From: Pseudomonadota bacterium
Lineage (GTDB): Bacteria; Pseudomonadota; Gammaproteobacteria; Burkholderiales; Burkholderiaceae_C
Assembly: GCA_021819435.1 (NCBI GenBank)
Contig: JAKARB010000014.1
Location: 19,085 to 83,084, forward strand
DNA: 64,000 nucleotides
Direction: 5' to 3'
Under the pieces are notes generated by a model. That model was given only the letters and a program-made list of their open reading frames with translations, was not told the DNA's origin and searched no databases. The position numbers and the translations under genes were made by a program. Shown piece by piece: positions 59,723-64,000 of this stretch. The first letter of the stretch is position 1; every line of letters begins with the position of its first letter.

Positions 59723-61066
59723 ATGCCCAACGCGCCTCGCATCCTCATCGTTGGCGGCGGTGTCGCTGGGTTGACGCTGGCCACGCACCTCGGGGACCAC
59801 TTCGGGGAGCACCTCGGAGACCACCCCGGCCGCCACCGCCCGCATCGCAACCAAGGCCACGCCGAGATCACGCTGGTGGACCGCAGCCCCACCCACCTGT
59901 GGAAGCCGATGTTGCACACCATCGCAGCCGGCACATGGGATGTGAGCCAGCAGCAACTCAGCTACGTGGCCCATGCCTCGGCACATCGCTTTGGTTATCA
60001 CATCGGCGGCCTCGCGGGCGTGGACACCGCCTTGCGGCAGGTCACGCTCGCGCCGCTGATCGGGCCCGACGGCGTTGAATTGGTGGGACAGCGCAAGCTG
60101 GTCTACGACGTGTTGGTGCTGGCCGTGGGCAGCCGCGCCAACGACTTCGGCACACCCGGCGTGATGCAGCACTGCCACTTCATCGACAGCCAGGCGCAGG
60201 CCGAACGCTTCAACGCCGTGCTGCGCGGGCGCCTGCTGCGCAGCGTCGTGCAGGACGAAACACTGCGCGTGGCGATTGTGGGCGGCGGGGCCACGGGCGT
60301 GGAACTGGCGGCCGAACTCTGCAGCATGCTCGACACCGCCAACAGCTACGGCAACGGTGCATCGCACATCCGCGAGCGACTGCGCCTGACGCTGCTCGAA
60401 AGCGGGCCACGCATACTCACGGCCTTTCCGGAGCACGTGTCGCGCTCCAGCGCGCAGCAACTGCAACGCCTGGGCGTGGAGTTGCGGATGGGCGCGAAAG
60501 TGACCGCCGCCGAGCTGGAAGGCTTCCGGCTGGCCGATGGCAGCCTGGTGGCGGCCGACCTGATGGTGTGGGCCGCCGGCGTGGTGGCCGAAGGCACGTT
60601 GGGCGACGACACCGGCTTGCCGCTCACGCGCTCACGCCAGGTGGTGGTGGGCCCCAACCTGCAAAGCCCGGCTGATGCCCACGTGTTCGCACTCGGAGAC
60701 TGCGCCAGCCTGACCCCGGCCGGCCGCGACAAGCCCCTGCCCCCCACCGCCCAAGTGGCCAACCAGCAGGCGCTGCACCTGGCGCGCCACCTGCCGGCCT
60801 GGGTGCTGCACGGCACCCCCGTGCCGCCCTTTGTGTTCCGCGACCTGGGCGCGTTGGTTTCACTCAGCGAATACAACGCCTTCGGCACCCTGGGCAAGTT
60901 CGGCTTCCTCAAAGGGCTGTTCGTGCAAGGCACCTTCGCGCAACTCAGCCATGCCTGGCTGTACCGCAAGCACCAGATCGGGCTGCACGGGGTTTGGCAC
61001 ACCTTCGTGATGTGGCTGGCGGAGCGGCTCAATCGGCGGGTTAAGCCGAAGATTCGGTTGGGGTGA
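59723..61066 (+). CDS. ndh: Type II NADH dehydrogenase
   Basis: IVGGGVAG, WKPMLH, IVGGGATGVELAAEL, ALGDCA, PPTAQVANQQ. Confidence 0.9.
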   Translation: MPNAPRILIVGGGVAGLTLATHLGDHFGEHLGDHPGRHRPHRNQGHAEITLVDRSPTHLWKPMLHTIAAGTWDVSQQQLSYVAHASAHRFGYHIGGLAGVDTALRQVTLAPLIGPDGVELVGQRKLVYDVLVLAVGSRANDFGTPGVMQHCHFIDSQAQAERFNAVLRGRLLRSVVQDETLRVAIVGGGATGVELAAELCSMLDTANSYGNGASHIRERLRLTLLESGPRILTAFPEHVSRSSAQQLQRLGVELRMGAKVTAAELEGFRLADGSLVAADLMVWAAGVVAEGTLGDDTGLPLTRSRQVVVGPNLQSPADAHVFALGDCASLTPAGRDKPLPPTAQVANQQALHLARHLPAWVLHGTPVPPFVFRDLGALVSLSEYNAFGTLGKFGFLKGLFVQGTFAQLSHAWLYRKHQIGLHGVWHTFVMWLAERLNRRVKPKIRLG

Positions 61067-61083
61067 GGGGGCGACGCCGCCCA

Positions 61084-61362
61084 TCACCGCAGCTCGCGGG
61101 TGTGCCACAAGCGCAAGATCCAAATCTCGTTGCCGCTGGTGAGTTCGTACCGCATCTCGTGGTCACCGACCAAGATGTAGCGAACCTCGCGAGGCTCGAA
61201 CTCCGTGAGCTTCGTCCCGATGCGAGGCTGCATCAGCAGCAAGTCGGGGCCAGCGGTCAGCCGCTGCACCACTCGTGCAGCAGCTTGGGGGTTCATCGGA
61301 CGCAAGAACTCATGCAGCCGCCCCAAGTCGCCAAGGGCGGCGCGGGTCCATTTGATCGTCAT
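61084..61362 (-). CDS. RelE/ParE family type II toxin
   Basis: IKWTRAALGDL.RL, P.IG, YEMRYE, IWILRLWHTRE. Confidence 0.88.
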   Translation of the reverse strand: MTIKWTRAALGDLGRLHEFLRPMNPQAAARVVQRLTAGPDLLLMQPRIGTKLTEFEPREVRYILVGDHEMRYELTSGNEIWILRLWHTRELR

Positions 61363-61628
61363 TCAGGCAACCGCCCGGGCTGGTCCGTGCTCAACGACGC
61401 CGCCCAGGCCTTCACGTCATCGTGGCTCACGCCGTTTTGGGCATCCACATCTCCCAGCGCCTCGATCGTCATTCGGTGACGCTCGGCCTCTCTTTCCACA
61501 TAGGCCGCCAAAGCCTGCTTGAGCACCCAACCTCGGGAGCGCTCAAGCTTCGCCGCCAGTTGGTCAACCTGATCGGCCAATGGAAGGGGCACATGGGCGG
61601 TCATCACACGGGTCTCGGGGGAAGGCAT
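61359..61628 (-). CDS. CopG/RHH antitoxin
   Basis: VMTAHVPLPLADQVDQLAAKLERSRGWVLKQALAAYV; ATGA overlap with the toxin. Confidence 0.88.
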   Translation of the reverse strand: MPSPETRVMTAHVPLPLADQVDQLAAKLERSRGWVLKQALAAYVEREAERHRMTIEALGDVDAQNGVSHDDVKAWAASLSTDQPGRLPE

Positions 61629-61658
61629 GAATCACTCCTAATCACTTTGAATCAGTCT
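61629..61658 (-). promoter_or_regulatory. Three TGATT repeats at 10-bp spacing upstream of the antitoxin (candidate RHH operator)
   Basis: Minus strand GACTGATTCAAAGTGATTAGGAGTGATTC then ATG. Confidence 0.5.
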
Positions 61659-61679
61659 AACGGAGCACACACGGTAAAC

Positions 61680-61859
61680 ACAACACCTTCGGCACCTTGG
61701 GGCAAGTTCGGCTTCTTCATGGGGCTGTTCTTCGTGCAAGGCGCCTTCGCGCAGCTCAGCCGTGCGTGGCTGTACCACGAGCACCAGATCGGGCTGCATA
61801 GGGTTTAGCGCACCGTTGAGATGTGGCTGGCGGAGCGGCTCAATCGGTAGGTGAAGCCG
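61680..61859 (+). pseudogene. Decayed copy of the ndh C-terminal coding region
   Basis: Translates to NTFGTLGQVRLLHG.../FVQGAFAQLSRAWLYHEHQIGLHRV*, matching the ndh end. Confidence 0.85.
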
Positions 61860-62259
61860 GTTCATTGCCGTCATCCTGACGCAGCACATGCCCTGGGCTG
61901 CTGAGCGCTCTGTGCGAGGCCTTGCGTTGACCGCTTTTAGGCGGTTTAATTGATGGCAACAAGATGTAATCAGGGGGCGAATGCCATGCGAATTAAAAAC
62001 TTGCCGATATCGCGCCGCAAAGGGCGGCGCTATAGGTCGACGTCTTCGTTGAATATGGATTGGCCTATTAGTTAAGGCCACGCGCAACATACGCCGCGCC
62101 CACACAATAAATCAAGGAAATGAATTGCGCCAATCCATCCCTTCGGTCACACGCCCGGCAGACTGCAATACCGAAATGTGGCCATATGTGACCTCCATAT
62201 CTAGCCAGAAATTGCCGCACGTATACAATTATGGCTACAGGCGAACACAAACCACTGAC

Positions 62260-62278
62260 GTATAAATTGCAGTTAGAT
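62260..62278 (+). mobile_element. attI-like integron recombination site / start of the first cassette
   Basis: GTATAAA-TTGCA-GTTAGAT (L box, 5-bp spacer, GTTRRRY core); the core is the exact reverse complement of the downstream attC R'' ATCTAAC. Confidence 0.65.
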
Positions 62279-62315
62279 TTATGCAGCAACACATTCTCAT
62301 TCAACCAGGAAAAAA

Positions 62316-63053
62316 ATGAGCGAAATGGTCTTCTGTCGCGCATGCGGCAAACAATTACACAACACGGCCCCCATCTGCCCACATTGCGGAGCGCCACAGA
62401 GATTGGGAAAGAGCCTAAAGAGCAAAACAGCAGCAGCAGTTTTAGCAATATTCTTGGGCGGCTTTGGCGCGCATAGATTTTATTTGGGGAAATGGTGGGG
62501 CGTCTTCTATCTTCTGTTTTGCTGGACAGGCATTCCTGGCGCAATAGCGTTAATAGAAGGCATTGTATTTGCATTCACAAACATTGAAAAATGGGATGCA
62601 AAGCATAACAATGGAATTCCGTCTGGCGAATCAGGCGCAGGAACAGCCGTTGTCATTGTTGCCGCAGTGGCTGGAAGCATATTCATTATCGGAATACTTG
62701 CTGCAGTTGCCATTCCAGCATATCAAGACTACGTAACACGAGCAAAAGTATACGAAGCAGTGTCAGTCATCAATCAAGCCACGCCAGTCGTTGGAGAATA
62801 CATTGAGGCCAACCATCAAGTCCCTCCCTCGCTAGAGGTTGCTGGCTTCACAAAAACACTTCCTCCTTCCATTGACAGAGTTTCCATTAACCAACGCTCT
62901 GGAGAAATTCTAGTCACCCTTAAAGGAAGCGCATCGATCGCCGGCAAGTCGTTTTCAGTGCTACCCACGGCCGACACTTCGAATCATATTTCATGGCGCT
63001 GCTCAAGCGAAACACTGCCAAACAATAGCCTTCCACAGAATTGTCGGCAATAA
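62316..63053 (+). CDS. Cassette gene: Zn-ribbon + TM2/NINE + type IV pilin globular domain fusion
   Basis: CRACG...CPHCG; KSKTAAAVLAIFLGGFGAHRFYLG; IGILAAVAIPAYQDYVTRAKVYEA...WRC...C; AT-rich. Confidence 0.85.
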   Translation: MSEMVFCRACGKQLHNTAPICPHCGAPQRLGKSLKSKTAAAVLAIFLGGFGAHRFYLGKWWGVFYLLFCWTGIPGAIALIEGIVFAFTNIEKWDAKHNNGIPSGESGAGTAVVIVAAVAGSIFIIGILAAVAIPAYQDYVTRAKVYEAVSVINQATPVVGEYIEANHQVPPSLEVAGFTKTLPPSIDRVSINQRSGEILVTLKGSASIAGKSFSVLPTADTSNHISWRCSSETLPNNSLPQNCRQ

Positions 63054-63153
63054 ATCTAACTGGCGGTTCAACGCGGACGCCAACACTGGCCAAGGCCAGC
63101 GTTGGTGCCCTGCGCGCCTCGCGCTCCGGCGCCGGTTAACCTGGGCGTTATAC
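63054..63153 (+). mobile_element. attC integron cassette recombination site
   Basis: R'' ATCTAAC, 5-bp spacer, L'' GTTCAAC ... L' GTTAAC, 6-bp spacer, R' GTTATAC; two extrahelical bases and GC-rich internal stems. Confidence 0.9.
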
Positions 63154-63183
63154 CTCTTCAACGAAAACTGAGCGTCAGGGAAT

Positions 63184-64000
63184 ATGTCAAACCCAAAAAT
63201 CACCAAACTAATCATTAAAAATTTTGGCTGCATTGGCCCGCAAGGGGTGTCTATCGATATCGACAAAATTGTTGTATTGGTAGGCGCAAACAACGCAGGA
63301 AAAAGCACGATCTTAAGAGCGTTCGAGGTTGTGGCGGATTGCCTGAAGCTCGAGCAAGATGACTTTCACAATCGACAGGTAGTTGCAGACAATTTTCCTG
63401 ATATCGAAATCCACTCGATCGTCACTCAAGACAACAAGCCAGGAGATGAATGGTGCCAGCTGCTGCCTGACGGAACATGGCTTATCAAGGAAAAGTGGAC
63501 ATGGAATGGAATTGGGACCGAGCCCAAGAGGGTAGGTTTCAATGTCAAGATCGATAGGTGGGCTCAAACCGGCGACAAAGAGCTTATGCCGTGGGGGACA
63601 AACAATGTTGCAAAATCCAGAAGACCTAAACCCCATCGAGTAAACACGTTTGACAACCCTGAGGTTCAAGCAAAAGCCATCACAAGCTTGCTTAAAAGCC
63701 TTTTAGAAAACGATATTAAAAATATAAAGACGAATGAGACAGATGAACTGTCTAGGTATGACGCAATCGTCAGCAGCCTAAAAGAGCTGAGAGCAGACTC
63801 CAAGAAAATTCAGCAAGCAGGCATTGCAGACATCCAAACTCAGGCCAATCTAATACTTGAGCAAATATTCCCAAACTATACAATGAAGGTCATTGCGCCA
63901 GAAAGCACCGCCCCAATTGCAATTGATCTGCTCGGAGAGGAGTTCGGATTGGAGGTCGGCGCCACTGGGGGCCTTCCTTTCCTCTGGAGAAGCAAGGCAG
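63184..64000 (+). CDS. OLD/AAA_15-family ABC ATPase (ATP-dependent nuclease-like), second cassette, truncated by window end
   Basis: Manual translation open to the end: MSNPKITKLIIKNFGCIG...LVGANNAGKSTILRA (Walker A); not in the ORF track because there is no stop codon. Confidence 0.8.
   Translation, partial: MSNPKITKLIIKNFGCIGPQGVSIDIDKIVVLVGANNAGKSTILRAFEVVADCLKLEQDDFHNRQVVADNFPDIEIHSIVTQDNKPGDEWCQLLPDGTWLIKEKWTWNGIGTEPKRVGFNVKIDRWAQTGDKELMPWGTNNVAKSRRPKPHRVNTFDNPEVQAKAITSLLKSLLENDIKNIKTNETDELSRYDAIVSSLKELRADSKKIQQAGIADIQTQANLILEQIFPNYTMKVIAPESTAPIAIDLLGEEFGLEVGATGGLPFLWRSKA

Larger units (their letters stand above)
60873..61859 (+). repeat. Degenerate direct repeat of the ndh 3' end (60873-61048 vs 61680-61859)
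   Basis: Both copies read ACAACRCCTTCGGCACCYTGGGCAAGTTCGGCTTC...GAGCGGCTCAATCGG...AAGCCG; the second has indels and an in-frame TAG. Confidence 0.9.

Noticed and set aside
62008-62078. Second attC candidate (GCGCCGC/GCGGCGC stem with GTTGAAT or GTTAAGG downstream)
   Set aside because: No matching RYYYAAC R'' box or correct L-box spacing; at most a decayed site or a simple hairpin
61860-62260. Possible intI integrase remnant upstream of the attI-like site
   Set aside because: No frame on either strand shows IntI N-terminal or tyrosine-recombinase (R-H-R-Y) motifs
62068-63669. Minus-strand ORFs in the AT-rich region (62068-62574, 63003-63308, 63313-63669)
   Set aside because: They overlap the pilin fusion, attC and ATPase on the plus strand and show no motifs

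Overview
This is a high-GC betaproteobacterial chromosomal segment (Burkholderiales-like; the PEP-CTERM and AdeT-type genes suggest Aquabacterium or a relative, which is an inference). It mixes housekeeping and accessory genes: pyrE, xth, infA, glpK, an aspC/tyrB-type aminotransferase, yaeQ, ampG-like, two MCPs, a diguanylate cyclase, kdpD-like/kdpE/kup and ndh. The main result is a convergent pair of micronutrient-uptake operons at 11.7-19.9 kb, each putting PEP-CTERM (exosortase-sorted) proteins ahead of a TonB-dependent receptor. The first is a CruR-like DUF2946 leader (CxxC plus RAPP) followed by a His/Met-rich PEP-CTERM protein, an OprC-like copper receptor and PCu(A)C. The second is a cobalamin riboswitch followed by a BtuH-like PEP-CTERM protein, a DUF4465 PEP-CTERM protein and a TonB receptor. 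Together they suggest PEP-CTERM-sorted scavenging of copper and B12. The right end turns AT-rich and carries an integron-type array with no integrase in the window: an attI-like site, a Zn-ribbon/TM2/pilin fusion cassette, a well-formed attC and the start of an OLD-type ATPase cassette. Just upstream, a RelE/RHH toxin-antitoxin pair sits between the ndh 3' end and a decayed duplicate of it. The window also holds two ECF-sigma/CMD pairs, a TetR-controlled aromatic catabolic cluster with twin operators, and an AbiE type IV TA module. No tRNA, rRNA, CRISPR array or transposase was seen. All assignments come from motif recognition only; no database searches were run.
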